From Lama guanicoe (taxonomy: Eukaryota): a stretch of 64,000 nt of DNA. The stretch is taken from NCBI GenBank assembly GCA_013239625.1, contig MU053933.1:436001-500000 (forward strand). The letters are read 5' to 3'. Positions within the stretch are counted from its first letter, which is position 1. Every line of letters starts with the position of its first letter. The notes under the pieces are model-generated. The model saw only the letters and a program-made list of their open reading frames with translations. It had not been told where the DNA came from and searched no databases. Both the position numbers and the translations under genes were made by a program. Below, one piece after another: positions 12,741 through 25,759 of the stretch.

Positions 12741-15278
12741 TCCTGGGATTTGGAGTGAAAGTCGCACATCCTGAGGTGCCTCAGCCCCACAAACCAGGAT
12801 GGCTGGTCACTCCATCTTTAGGGCGGGCAGGGGTGAAATCCCCCAGACTTGACCCCCTGGACAGGCCCCTCTGCCTCCAAGTAGGGGCACTGAGGCCCCC
12901 ACCAGGAATGTCGCCCTGCCTGCCCCTTGCTGGCTCCCTCCCTCTGTCCCCCGGGGTGGCTTTGCCCAAAGTAGAGGGTGGGGCACCGCAGTTGATGCTG
13001 GATGTCCTTTCAGAAGCAGCCTGGCTGGAGCAGAAGGTGCCTCGGGCTCAGGACACCAGCTCCCTCGGCCGCCCCTTCTCCCGCACCTCCTCGCCTCCCG
13101 AGTTTCTGGGCCCCTTCCTGCACCCCCTTTCCCGAATGCTCGGAGGGGGTGAGTCAGACTGTGCTCACCGAGCTCCTGGAGGCCACGGCCCATCGAGCTG
13201 GCGCGGCGGGGCTTCTGGGCCCCCTCCCCCAGTGCCCACCCCCGGAGGAGGGGAGGGAGAGGGCGGGCGAGCTGTCACCCAGGCAGGGGCTGCGAAGGGG
13301 ACCCGGGAAGCCCCCAAGAGCCCTCCAGAGAGTGACGGAGGCCACACGCCTCTGGGCTCCGTTTCTCTCAAGAACCCTCTAAACACGGCCCATCTGAGAC
13401 TCTGGAACAGCTTACTGTGCTGATTGAATCTGCTGCTTCCTGTCCTTAACCTCTAAAATCCTCGGAGGGGAGGGGCTGTCAGTGTTTTCTCTCTTCCTCT
13501 TAACAGCCTGACTCAGGTTAGCAGGAAAGGACTTCGGCAATTTGCTTTTAACTCTGCGGGAAGACTCCCTCCTGGGGGACTGAAGTCCCGAGGCCCGAGG
13601 TGCCCCACCGCACACAGCCCGGCCTGAACCCGGGACACCCTTCTCATCCGAGTGCCCTTGGGCCAACACGCTGCCCTCCACTCCGGAGTCCTGGGGCCCT
13701 CAGAGGGGTGGCCTTCTGTTTCTGGGCTGGTGTTACCTCTCTGCGAGAACACTGATCATAAGATTGTTTGTTCAGCCCACGGTTATCCTGATCGTAGCAC
13801 GTGGGCTCTTACTACTAGATTCTAGAACTCAAGTGGGGCGCTCAGATGCTCAGCCCTCCTGGCAGGGGCCTCGGAGGGCACGCGGCCCAGTCTCCCTGGC
13901 TCTGTCGTCCTAACCCCCACACCTGGCAGAGTGCTTTGGGGCATTCATACTCTAAAGACAAATACAAATTAAAAATAATAAAAGGTCTAATTCTTTCTGT
14001 GAAAAATAAGGGAAGAGATTTCCCTCCCCTCTTTTCTTTGAGCACGTACTTTAGAAAACGTGTAAGCACCGTCCCCTCTCTGAAACGCATGTGTCCCCTT
14101 TTGAAGACTAGGTTAGCATTTCCTGGGCTCTATGGCCCAAGAACATCACTCTCAAGACCCTGGGAACATCTCTTTGCCTTGGAAACGTCAAGAGCGCTGT
14201 CACCCCGTCTCCCCCCAGTCTCTGTGAGGTGGGTGGGGCCCTAACTCTGTGGGCTCCTTGCTCTACTTTGCCAAACAGCCTCCTGTGCTAAAGACAGAAG
14301 TTTCTTTTCCCTCTGGATGAAGCCGTTTGGCTAGGACAGAAGGTCGCCCCAGTCGCAGGCCGAGGTGAGCATGAGATGTGTGTGACCAGCGGTGCTGGCA
14401 AGCCCTCTTACCTGGGGACTGGTCATTGTTTGCCTTGCAAGCCTGACCTGGTGGGCGCGTCTGCTCGATCGCAGGGAAGGTGGGATTTCCGTGCCTGTGC
14501 AGTCTCGCATCGGGCTGCCCGCGGCTCGCCTTGCCATCTGGTCTAATGTTCGTTCAGCAGTGAAAGAATCTTCTTTCTCCTTTAACTTTGTGGAGAGGTT
14601 CCCTGGGGTGGGAGCAGAACTTGCTTTTAATGAAATTCCCCCAATAACACTTTACCTACATTTAATGACACTAGAGGACGGATGTCTTAAAGCGCTTTCA
14701 AGTTCTAGAGCAGTTCCCACACGCGGCCTTGCTTGTTTTTCACAAAATCACGAGGCGTTACCCCACACTGCTAAGTTTGGAGGCACAAGGGTCCCCATTC
14801 TGTAGATTGGGAGGTGCAGAGAGATGCAGCATTGCCCCTGGTAACCCCTCTGGTTGTTGGCAAAACTAGGGTAGACCAGGATGTCCGGCTCCTAGGCCAG
14901 GGCTTTTCCCGCGAGTCTATGAGAAGGGGGCTGTGCAGGGTCGCCTGCCTTCCCAGCCTCCCGTGCAGCTTTGCAGAGCAGAGGCCTGGGCCCCCAGCTC
15001 CAGCCCCAGCTGCTTTGGCCACCCGGGCACCCGCGCAGGCAGACCTGCTTCTCCTCACCGTCCAACCCACCCTGGCTGGAAGCAGAGTGTCCAGCACGCT
15101 CCCTGGGGCTTGGTGACCACGTGCTGGACCCCCGCTTTCCATTCAACTCTGCTCAGAGGGCAATGGTCTCCAGGCTGGGATGGGAAGAGAGGGTGAGAAA
15201 CAGCGTCCACTCTGTGATTTTATAACGTCGAGGATTTGCAAAACCAAACACAGAAGAAAAAGACAGGGATAAAAAGGA

Positions 15279-15380
15279 TGTGTGTGTGTGTGTCTGTGTG
15301 TCTCTGTGTGTGTCTGTGTGTCTGCATGTCTGTGTGTGTGCCTGTGTATCTCTGTGTGTGTGTCAGTGTGTCTGCGTGTG
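15279..15380. repeat. Imperfect (TG)n/(TGTC)n tract
   Basis: Direct reading. Confidence 0.9.
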
Positions 15381-16642
15381 CAGTGGGGGAGACAAGTATG
15401 GGGAGGGACCAGGAAGAGCAACCACACCAGAAACAAGGGTGCCAGGAGAACTCCCCAGAAGAGTCTGCAGGGCTGTCAGGTGGAAGGCGATGCGATTCCT
15501 TAGTCTAGTTGAAGGACCATGGCCGCGCTCCTGGTGGTGCCAGCGGAGGTCAATTTGACCCCCCATCAGGAGGAATGTTTCAGCAGAGCACTGCCCGGGG
15601 AGGGGCTGCTCCACCCAGGGCCGCGTCCCTGCGAATTTACAAGGATTTGTCAGTGTCTTCAAGCTTCTGCGCACCTGAAGGACCTGAGCCCCTGCAGACC
15701 CACCCTAATAGCCTGAGAAGTTTGGGGCACCTGAATTTCCAGTGAGCCTGCCCCCCTGATTCTGCAGCGTCAGAGAGCAGTCCGGACTGGGTCAGAAGCT
15801 GGGCCAGATTGCTCAAGGTGACTTCCAAACCCAACATTTCTACAGCTTCATAAAGCTCCTCTCTAGCTCTCTGTCTTGACCGTCCATCACAGCCAGTGTT
15901 CCCTGGAAATAGCCCCTTAGGGAGAGGATGCCTCCCTGCCCCACCTCCAGCTCCGTCCTCACCAAGCAGAGCCGTCGCCAGACCCCACGCTGCTCCTCCT
16001 GAGCCCCCCAGTTCCCTCGTGCCCCATGTCACTTTGCACCGCAGCCTCCACACCCTGGAGGCTGCACCCCACCCCAGGCCAGGCAGGGCAGGAGAGCACC
16101 GGGTCCCTGCCCGCCCCTCCCTGCCCACTGGCCTGGCGCATGGTGGTCCCCGGGGCTGCCGATGGAGCAGGGGTCGGAAGAAGGCTGGGAGCGGAGCTGT
16201 CCTGCCATCCCCGCCCCAGACCATGGCTACGCGTATCTCTCCCTTGGGACATGATGGCCACAACCCAGGATAGCGCTGGGGGCGTATATATTTTGGCCTG
16301 TGGGGTCATGACAGATGTGATTTTGTCTTGGAGTTGTTGGAACTCTGTGCTTAGGACCACGGAACTCAGAACCCGAGAGGAGAAGGGCCATTTGGAGGTA
16401 ACCTGATTCAACCCCCTCCTCCTGCTGACGGTGGGGGCGGGCGGCACTCAGCCCAGGCGCTGTCACCAGCAGCAGAGAGCACAGCTCCCTCCACGGAGAC
16501 GCTGTTTGCAGGGTCGGGAGCTCACCCGCATCCCGTGTGTCCGTGCGTGTGTGTGAGCGTCCCAGGGTGTGTCTGCAGTAAACCCGCACATGGAGGGGTA
16601 AGAGTGTGGACGTGTGAGCAAGTGTGCATATGTGACAGTGAA

Positions 16643-16663
16643 TGTGTGTGTGTGTGTGTGTGT
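16643..16663. repeat. (TG)10 microsatellite
   Basis: Direct reading. Confidence 0.9.
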
Positions 16664-18960
16664 CCTTAGATCTAGAACTGCAGCCTGAGGGCCTCCCCTA
16701 GTTCCCCAGTTTCTGGTCACCATGTTGACAGGATGTTGGATTTTCTCCCCAGGAGCGTGGACTGGAGGGCTCTTTGCTGGATGGACCTGTGGCCAGACTC
16801 ACCTGGACACGGTGCCCTGGAGGGACAGCCCTCTCCCTCTGGTTAGCGCGTGGTTACTTCTCCTCAAGTAGACCGTTTACATGGAAAAGCCAAAAGTGGA
16901 AAATCCCTGTGGCCGTCACGCAGTAAAATATGCGTGAGCACCAGGAGGGGAACCCCTCCCCGTGGATGGAAAAGAAACAACACGCACGCTTACCCTTCCC
17001 GTGCCTGACTGGGGGGGAGGGAGGCAGCGCGGCGCTAGAAGCAGACAGACAATCTGGGGGCTTTTTTTTTAATTGTATGAGTTTTGATATATAGAGAAAG
17101 CCCTGCGACAACGTCTTACGGACAATTCCAAGTTAGCGTGACGTGTGCAGCGGGCAGGAAGTCCTGACTTCGCTCCTCTTCTTGGGGTCTGTGGCGGGTG
17201 TCCTCCGGGCCGGCCCCGGGGCCAGCCAGGGAGCGAGCTGTGAAGCCGGGTTTGGAGCGGAGTCCTCCTCGCTAGCCGTGTGGCCTCTCGGACCCGCAGC
17301 TTCTTTATGTGTGTGAGGCGGGTAAGGGACCTACTTCATAGGGTGGGCCTGAAGATGAGAAAGAAGGTGCACAAGGCCAATTTCAAGTTTTTAAATATAA
17401 TATTGTCCCAGATCCCACCTTGGTGTTTTCTAGAAGCGTTCGTACGCGATTGTAGCCAAAGTTCTAAGAGATGATAGATCCGAATACTGTAATACAGATT
17501 CAGCTCCCACTTGTAAATGCTCAGGTTTGCCTTCAACATAACACCCTTGCTGTTTATTCTGTGCGTGCTGATTACATTTTCTTTTCTTGAATATTATACT
17601 ATAGCTTTAAAAGTTTGTCTTTGCTTGTTGGAACTCTTTTTCACGCCTCTGTGACAGCAGTAGAGTTTATGAGCCGAGCTCTGAAGGGCGCTGCTGTCTC
17701 CTGGGAGACTCGCGCTGAGCCCCTTAACTGTGGGATTATTTCCAGCTCCTTTTTTTTAGTCTTCTTGTCCCGGCACCTGCCACGTGGGCACTAACCGCGC
17801 AAGCGCAGCAGTTGCGTATCTCAGCGCTTAATCTCCTGGGGGTGGAAGACGCACCCGTGTGGCAGACCTGCTCTGTATCTCGGACACGAGGGAATCACAC
17901 TTCTGGACCAAGACGGGTCTTTGTGGCCCTGTTTGAAAGTTTTCTCGGAGGACTAAAGAGACCCTCGTCTAATGCTACTAACTGTGCCTCATCAAATGTT
18001 AAAGATTGTACCAGGCGATAAAAGACCCCCCGACGGAGGAACGAGAAGGCTTCGTCAACAGGCAGGTCTTCGCTATGAAATTTAAAAACCCGTTTCACAC
18101 CACGTGACAGCTCCTGAAACACACCACGACCCAGCCATCAGCCTGCCGCCCCTCACAGTGTTTCCTTTCAGTCCTGCGGCCTGTTCTGGGCTGAGCCCAC
18201 AACTGCAGACTTGCCGTCCTTCTGGAGGCAGCGCGGCGCCAGGCACAGCTTTGACTCCGTGTCGGGAGATATCGTTTCCTCGCTGCCCAAAGTCTTCATG
18301 GTCTTCACGCCGGGGTGCGGTCACGTCCAGGGGCTCTGCAACAACCTCCCCTCCCCTCCTCCCGCAAAGGCTCACTTCTACGCTCTGCTGCTTTAAATGC
18401 TGGCCAATGACAGACATCTCTGAGACAGCAGCTCCGTGGTCCCCAGACCAGGCTGGGGAAGAGATCGCTGGGTCGCAGGGACGTTGTCTCTGGCTTTTGA
18501 TCTGGCCTGTCCAATTGTGTGAAGGACGCTTTTCTGAATCCGATGAGCCTCTTTGATGCCATGCTGTTTTCTCCTGCCAGCTCGTGACTATAAAGTAAAA
18601 GGATGCTTTGTACTTGATGGAAGGAGTCAGATTCAGGGCTGAAATGTGTTTCCTACGTAACAGTGAGATGCGAACCAGCGATGCAGCCAGGCGGTAGGGT
18701 ACTCACCTTTCCTAAGAGATGCCATCTGCCTGGAGGGAGAATGGGCTGTGACACGCAGGTGCCCCAAGGGACAGGCCCCGGCGGTGGCAGGTGTTTATGA
18801 GCGGGCATAAGGGACTGCTCCCGGTGAGCACACCTTCTGAGGCCACTGCCACGGTCGGCGACGCAGGGGAAAATCAGGACCTTGTCTCTGGGTCCAGGCG
18901 GCCCAGGTACCTTTGTGCTGCCGCTCAGGAGAGGCCCAGAGCCACTGCCACTGCCCAGCC

Positions 18961-19036
18961 ATGCTCAGGACCCTCGGGCTGGCCCTGCTGGCCATGGTCA
19001 GCGCCGTGGGCCCCACCCTGGCCAGCGGCTTCACAG
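18961..19036 (+). CDS. UMODL1: UMODL1 exon 1: signal peptide MLRTLGLALLAMVSAVGPTLASGFT
   Basis: GCC-ATG context, hydrophobic leader, donor CAG|GTGAGG; 76 nt, phase 1. Confidence 0.93.
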
Positions 19037-20418
19037 GTGAGGAGTCCGAGCTCAGGGTGTGGGATGCTGGAGGAGCGAGGGGCTCCCGGGGAGCAGGTCT
19101 CCTGGGGACAGAGGCCCTGCCGAGAGCTGGGCTGGCAAAGATGCATCTGCTTTGAGAGCCAGGATCTGGGCCAAACTTGCTCGTATCCAGCAAAGAGGTG
19201 GTGGGACCGTCTCCGAATCCCCTGGGGGTCGGTGGGATGAGAATGCAGATCCTGAATCAGCAGGGCTGGGGTGGCCTAGGACTCTGCATTTCTGCCGGTG
19301 TTGCAGACGCTGCAGGCCTCGGGCAGTGCAGTGAGTGGCGAATTCCTGGAGACCCAGAGTCGAGGTCTCTGCAGCCTTGGTGTATTACTCTCCAGCTTCC
19401 AGATAAGCGGAGGGAGGCCCAGAGTGGTCAGGGACTCGCCCAAGGCCACGCGGCTGGCAGAGGGCAGATTCCCCCGGGGCGGCCCCTGCCGTTGACCCTG
19501 GCTAAGTCCGCCTTTCGCCTGCCTGGGAGGTGGAATCCCGAAGTGGGCTCTCACGCCTAGCCCTGCTTCCTCACATTTCCACGGGGGCAGAGGGGCCAGT
19601 ACACGTCCAAGGCCTCTGAGAGGCACGTGTCAGCTGCTAAAAACACATCAGATTTCTGAAGCACCAGATTTCTGAGCATTGAGGTTGCAAATCTTTCAAA
19701 TCATTTTCCTCTTGAAATCTGACTTCTGCAGTTGGAAATTCAAACAGATCCATTCTGTGCCTGCAAGCAACTTCAATTTTGTCCTAGTTTAACTTTTTTT
19801 TTCACCCATAAATAGGATTTTGTGATTTTTTAAAAGTAATTGTGATTTTTTTCTACTTGATTTTTCCTTTGGAATATGAATAATGTGCAAACCCTACAGC
19901 TCAGTGGCAGAGCAAAGGGGAAAGTCTGGGAGCAGGGAACTCTCGGGAGGAAGTTCGTGCACCGGTGAGGACAGGGCAGCGCCACTCGGGGGTCCATTGG
20001 GGCTGCTCGGTTGTCTGCTCCCATGAGCTGGCCCGCCGGCCCCAGGCAGGATTTCACCGAATCCTTCTAAAACCCCGGGAGTAGCGGTGATTTTACAAGT
20101 GACAAGACTGGGGCACCAAGAGGGCACGGACGTACTCAGAATCACATGGCTGGTATTTGCAAAGCTGGTGTGAATGCAGGTGTTCTGACCCCAGGACCAG
20201 CCAGGGCATTAAGATTTTCAGCCTCTGGGACCAGAACCCTGGGCCCCTGACTCCTGTGCTGAGAGCTCCTGAAAGAATTTGTTGAACGGCAGGGTCTGCT
20301 GAAAGGTTTTTATTCCGGGCTCTGCCAAGAAGCCAGGCCCTCAGAGGACCCAGTGGCTTCCAGTAGAAGGTGAAAAACAAAACAAGTAGATGCAAGTGCA
20401 GTTTCCTTGGAAGGAGGG

Positions 20419-20435
20419 GTGTGTATGTGTATGTA

Positions 20436-20472
<37 letters not shown>

Positions 20473-20473
20473 A
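20419..20473. repeat. Compound (TATG)n/(TG)n microsatellite
   Basis: Direct reading. Confidence 0.9.
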
Positions 20474-21269
20474 AGGCTCTGCTGATGATCAGCTGGGACC
20501 TTGTCGTGACCAGGCGGAGCCCAGAGGCTCTCTAGAGGCAGAGAAGTGTAACCTTCATTACTGTTGTCATCTGGTCTTGTGTGAAGATGAAAAACAACAT
20601 CTAAATCTGCCTCGCCGACCTCTCTGTGCAGGAGGCCTTGCCTTGTTTGGCCCCGTCATCAACCAGTGACCATGTTCACGGTGGTCATTTTCTGCAGGCC
20701 CCACGTCCCATCCCAGTCACCTCTAAGTTCTGGCCTCAGATGCTGCCTCTCCTGCCCCACCCCACACGGCGAGGGGCCTCCCGACCCTGAAGCCTACTGG
20801 AACCCACCCTGTGGTGAGCACAGGCTGTGTGTACCCCCAAGGCCCTGACACTGCGGGGGAGGCCACCACGTGGCTGGGGAGTGGGCTGCTCTCCCACCAG
20901 CCCGGCTGGAGGGCTGGCTCAGCCCCACTTCCTCCCGGGGTCACCAGCCCCCACGTCTTGTTTTCTGTGTGCTTGTGAGTGACTATGAGGCCATAGGAGG
21001 GAAACTTCTGGTGCTGTCCTGGGGTTGAGGGTGAAGATTATTTCTTCTGCCATCTTTGAGCTCCTCCCCAGAAACCCAGCTCTGCCCTGAGGGGAGTGCA
21101 CTACTCTGTGGGAACCCACCCAACGGCTGCACAGTGTCGGGAAGCTTAGGGCTCGAGGCTGAGTATCTGAAACTGCAAAGATATTCAAGCCGTTCATCCA
21201 TCCCACAAGGAGGTCCCGCGCTGCGGTGGGCCCTGTGCTGGCTGCGGAGGTGGGGGCACCCCTGGCTCC

Positions 21270-21721
21270 TGTGTCAGTTCCCCGGGGCCACTGGGCAAGC
21301 ACCACAGGCTGGGGGCTTAACAGGAGGGGTTTATTTCTTCACAGTCTGGAGACCAGAAGTCTGAGGTCAAGGTGCGGGCAGGGTTGGCTCCCCCTGAGGC
21401 TGTGATGGAGAATCTGTCCCAGGCTCTCCTCCAACTTCTGGGGGTTTGCTGAAAATCTTTGTCACTCCTTGACTTTTAGAAGCATCTCCCTGATTTCTGC
21501 CTCCATCTTAACGTGGCCGTCTGGGTACATTCCTGTCTCCGGGTCTAAATGTCTCCTTTTATAAGGACACCAGTCATATTGGACCAGGGCCACCTTCCTC
21601 CAGTATCCCTTCAGCTAAACTAATTATATCTGCAAAGGCCCTGTTTCCAAATACAGTCACACGCTGAGGTCCTGGGGTTCAGGACATGAATGAGGGGTGG
21701 GACACATTTCAGCCCATGACA
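21270..21721 (-). mobile_element. MLT1C-like full-length solo LTR
   Basis: TG...CA ends; gaagtctgaggtcaaggtg, ttttataaggacaccagtcatattgga, tttccaaatacagtcac. Confidence 0.85.
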
Positions 21722-22516
21722 GTCCCTGTTTCAGGAGGCCACAGAGGCTCCTTGGGCAGATGGGACACCTGAGGACCCCGTGGGAGATGGTCCATGACAA
21801 AGGGGCGTAGGGCTGGTGAAGGCAGTGTGTGCCACGGGGCCTCGAGAACCAAGTGACAGTGCTAATGAATGGCCACAGGTGTCTGTGCACAGGAACCAGG
21901 CTCCAAGTGGGAGACGCAGCGGGCCTGATCAGGCCAGCTCCTGTCGTCCTGCTGCTGGTGACAGTGATGGAGGACTGACCTTTCCCACCTATGAACTTCT
22001 CACATGGGCTGGATGTGATCATCCACCTTGTGTCTCGTTCCAAAAGAGGGTGCCAGTGCCAGCGTGCCCAGGACGTCATGCATTCATTACGGGAATAGTG
22101 TGTGTTCAGCTCACCTGGGACGACCCTGGGGCTCGCACAGAGAAAAGGTGCGCACAAGGCTCCCCAGCCCGTGGAGTCAGAGAGCACGGAGCCTGGGACG
22201 GCAGCCCCAGATGCTCGGTTCCTCCGTGTCCCCTTCCATGTCACGTCAGACCCCCGGGCAGGCGCCAGGCGGGGGCGGTGTCCCCCGCCATGTAGAGGAG
22301 GCTTTCTCGGCCCACGGGGGCCCGCTCCTGCTTTAGTCCTTCAAGTCCACGCCTTGGCGTCTCCTTCTCGGGTCTGGGCTGGGCGGCAGATTCCGAGGGT
22401 CCGCCACGCTGGGGGTCCTGTCTCACCGGCTCTGACAGAGAGCCCTCGGATGGATTTGACTGTGCCATTTTCCACTTCTTGTTTCCTCCATCAACCCCCT
22501 CCACCTCCTCCGGTAG

Positions 22517-22759
22517 AAAAAGGCCTCTCTTTGCTGAGTTACCAGCTGTGCAACCAGAGCGTGGCCCGGAGCGTGCCGCGTGTGGAGGCCGTGCAGACGT
22601 CCCTCCTGACCCACGTGCCCTGCGGCCGCTGGATCCCCTGGCGGCGCTGCCCCAAGACGGTCTACAGGACCCGCTTCCAGGCAGTGGAGGTTCCCGAGTG
22701 GAGGAATGTGACCGACTGCTGCGAGGGCTACGAGCAGCTGGGCCTCTACTGCGTCCTGC
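22517..22759 (+). CDS. UMODL1: UMODL1 exon 2: EMI domain
   Basis: Pyrimidine tract + TAG acceptor; EKGLSLLSYQLC...CGRWIPWRRCPK...DCCEGYEQLGLYCVL; donor GTGAGT; 243 nt. Confidence 0.95.
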
Positions 22760-25759
22760 GTGAGTTCAGGGGCGGTGCCCCCCCGGGCCCCGCCCACTCT
22801 CGGGATGGTCTCTGTCCACATCCCTTAACCCAGAACCAGCAGATCCTTCTGGAACCCTGGTTTCAGCCTTGTGTGTGCACCAGGGCCATCCAAGCACAGG
22901 TGACTGGCCCCACCCAGATTTCAGATCCAGGGGGTCAGGGGTGGAGCACAGGGCCCCAGTTGTGCTGATGCCGCCCGAGGCTACACTCTAAGAACGTCTG
23001 TGATTGGCTGGCTCTCGGACCTGACTGCACAGTGACAGTGTCCCCGGGGCAGCTTTCAAAACTCTGATCCCTGGGTCCCCTCTCGGAGACTGGGATGGAC
23101 TAGGTCTGGGGCAGATCTTCGGGGCAGGTTGTTTAGGCTCTGCGAGCAGTTCTAACCTGCAGCTGAGTTTGGGAGCCAGCACTGTCATCTCTGCTATACT
23201 GACAGCCAGTGCTTTTATTCAGAAAGCTATGAAATCCTGGTCTGAGCTCCAGTCTGTAGAAGAGTTGGAAAGGGTGCCCTCTGTGCCCCTCTCCATGGCC
23301 CAGAAGCCCCCGAGCCCCCCGACTTCCTCAGTGCGGTTCAGAACATGCCCGGGGCGGCTGCCAGCACCGGTGCGGCTCTGCCGGACAGTGTCTGAGGCCA
23401 AGTGGGCTGAGCTGGAGGGGGGTTCAGGGCTCAGTCCCTGACACACAGGGAACTTTCCAGAAGACTTCTTCCAGGGGAAAGGATGCAGGCGTGTGCTTGT
23501 GTGAATGTGTGTGGGAGGTGGTGATTGTTAAATCTGAGTCAATACCAGAGCTAAGATGAGTCTCTGAACAGTCAGTCCCCAAACCCGTGGTGTAGGCGAA
23601 GTGAGAAGGGTGTGGCTTCGTGGGGTGTCAGGGTGACACTCTGAGACGTGAGGGCTGCTGCCTTCAGATTCCAGAAAGCACCAGCTCAGGGGGTGCAGGG
23701 AGGGGCCCCGGGACAGCTGTGGGCTAGGGCGTGGGTGCTGCGCCCCTGGGGAACAGCTTCCCAGCACCAGGGGCTCCCAGATGCGGAGTCTTGGGTCAGC
23801 CGGACCCTGCAGAAGGGTGCATGGGCTGGGCACGCCGAGCCGTCCTGATCGTGCTGCCCTTAGTCCTCCAAAGCCATCTCACAGAGGACAAGGATGGTGA
23901 CACTTTGCCCTGACCCCATGCAGAGGACCAGGCTCAGAGATGACCAGACAGCTCAGGGTTGAGCAGTTCACAGGGGTACACCTCTTCCGGGAGTGGTACA
24001 ATGACACCACTGCCACCAGTGCCGCCACCATGCATAGAAACAAGGAGGGGCCAGCTGGCCTCAGGTCTGCAGGGGGAGCCTGTGGTGGGTTCCCACTGGG
24101 TCTCTGTCCCCTGGCGGTCCTGTCCAGGTGCTGGGTCAAAGGCGCCCCTTTCTGTGCTGACCGCAGTCCCCTCCCTGCTGTCCTTGTCTCGGAGGGCCAC
24201 GTGCACAGAGGGAGCTGCCTTGGCCTGGGAGCACCCTGCACCTGAGGGTCGGGGTCTCCTGTCGGAGAGGCCTCGGGTCCCCTTGGGTGGGGGCGGCAGG
24301 TAGAATGAGGCGTCCGCCCTGCCCCATCCACCTTCACCTGCGAAGACCACACTCTCCCCACCTGCCGGCTGTCGTGGGGCCGGTGAGGTCACACGTCCAG
24401 AGGCGCCCCTGGAAGAGGCTGAGCCCCGAGGTCACCTTTCTGTGCAGGTGCGGTCCTGCTGCGCTCACAAGTGAGTCCCCCCCAGAGAGAAGGAGGGAGA
24501 CACCTGCGGCTCATCTCTCTCCCAACAAGCCAGCCACCAAGACCGCCTCTCGGGGGGCTCAGATCCACGTTTAAGGTGTCAGCACCTTTAAATAGGAGCT
24601 GCCCAGGCGGGAGAGGGCCAGAACGTTCTAGAAAGAGTCCCGCAGGCAGGTCTGCTCTGGGGAACCACAGGTCTTGGTGCGGCAGGTGTAGGGAGGGTGG
24701 GGACGGGGTGGGGGGCGCGTTGGGAATGAGGGAGGGAGGACTCACCCTGAAGCCCCCAGGCCCTGCAGAGGGGGCTGAGCTGGGGTGGTGGGGTCTCCCC
24801 ACCCCAACGCCGGGCCTTAGAAGGGTCTCTCTAGAGGCAGTGTGGACAGGAGAGACAGGAGCCCAGGAGGAGGGAGAAGAGAGAGGAAAGGGGGCTTTGA
24901 GCGAGTGCCAGGGACACAGACCGGGGGGAGGCGGGTGACTTGACCAAGATCCCACAGACTTGGGCCTGGGTCTCCCTGATCCCAGTCGGATTCAGACTGT
25001 GGCATCTGAGGACGGGGACTGTCAGGGGTGGGGGCGAGAAGGGAATGGTGATGAGGGAGGTTGGGCACAGAGCACAGTGGACTCAGGAAGGTCCTGGCTG
25101 GCTGGCCCTGCGGTGGCTGGGGGGTCTGGGCTGTGACCCCTGGTGGGGGCTGCAACGCTCCCCCACCTCTGTGTTCAGGGACGCCACGTGAGCAGCTGCA
25201 AAGTGCCTGGGTTAGAGGCATTTACACCAGGGACACCGGCAGCTCAGCTTTCTCCACGCCTTCCTGGCCCCCAATCAAAGCTTGAATATTTGATCAGACT
25301 TGGTTCAGAGATGCTTCATGACAGCCTGGCCTTGTGGAACAGGAAGTGAGAAGGCTCTGTAAGTGGCCCACGGAGACCTGCGGGGGCTCTGCGCAGAAAG
25401 AGGCAGAGGCCTGGAGCTGGTAGCCACGGGAAGAGCCTGGGATTCTGATGCGTGATGGGCCGGGGGCCGGGACGGGGGCAGGCACTCTGTCCTCGGGGCA
25501 GGACCTCCGGGTTGCCCGGATAAGGGGTGACTTGTGTCTTGGCAGCTTCAGCTAGAGGTCTCATCCTCGGTGGCAGCAAAACCTCAGCCTTGCTTTCTTC
25601 TTCCTCCTCCCACTCAACGACCGTTGTCTAACAAGGGAAGGGCCTTCTGAGAACATGTGCTATTTCTTTCGGTCTAGATGCCTTTTTCCATTTTTTTAAG
25701 TCCAACATTGGAATGCAGTAAGTTGTACGAGATTGCATTTTAATCTCTTTTAAAGTACA

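Noticed and set aside
12524..13423. 299-aa ORF, and similar long ORFs at 7049-7684, 11552-12232 and 27034-27792
   Set aside because: No recognisable domain, and the G/P/A/R/S-rich composition is expected from GC-rich DNA. Several overlap LTRs or use non-ATG starts.
17905..17972. Imperfect inverted repeat (gacgggtcttt / aaagagaccctcgtc)
   Set aside because: It needs several bulges and has no target duplication or RNA-family features.
1..18960. Upstream protein-coding, tRNA, rRNA or snoRNA genes
   Set aside because: Nothing recognisable; the region reads as repeats plus unique non-coding sequence. Non-coding exons cannot be excluded.
18797..19036. Out-of-frame upstream ATG overlapping the start codon
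   Set aside because: Weak context (T at -3), and it may lie upstream of the transcription start. It cannot be supported without start-site data.
19646..19676. 16-bp tandem duplication around cagatttctga
   Set aside because: Ordinary slippage duplication with no further support.
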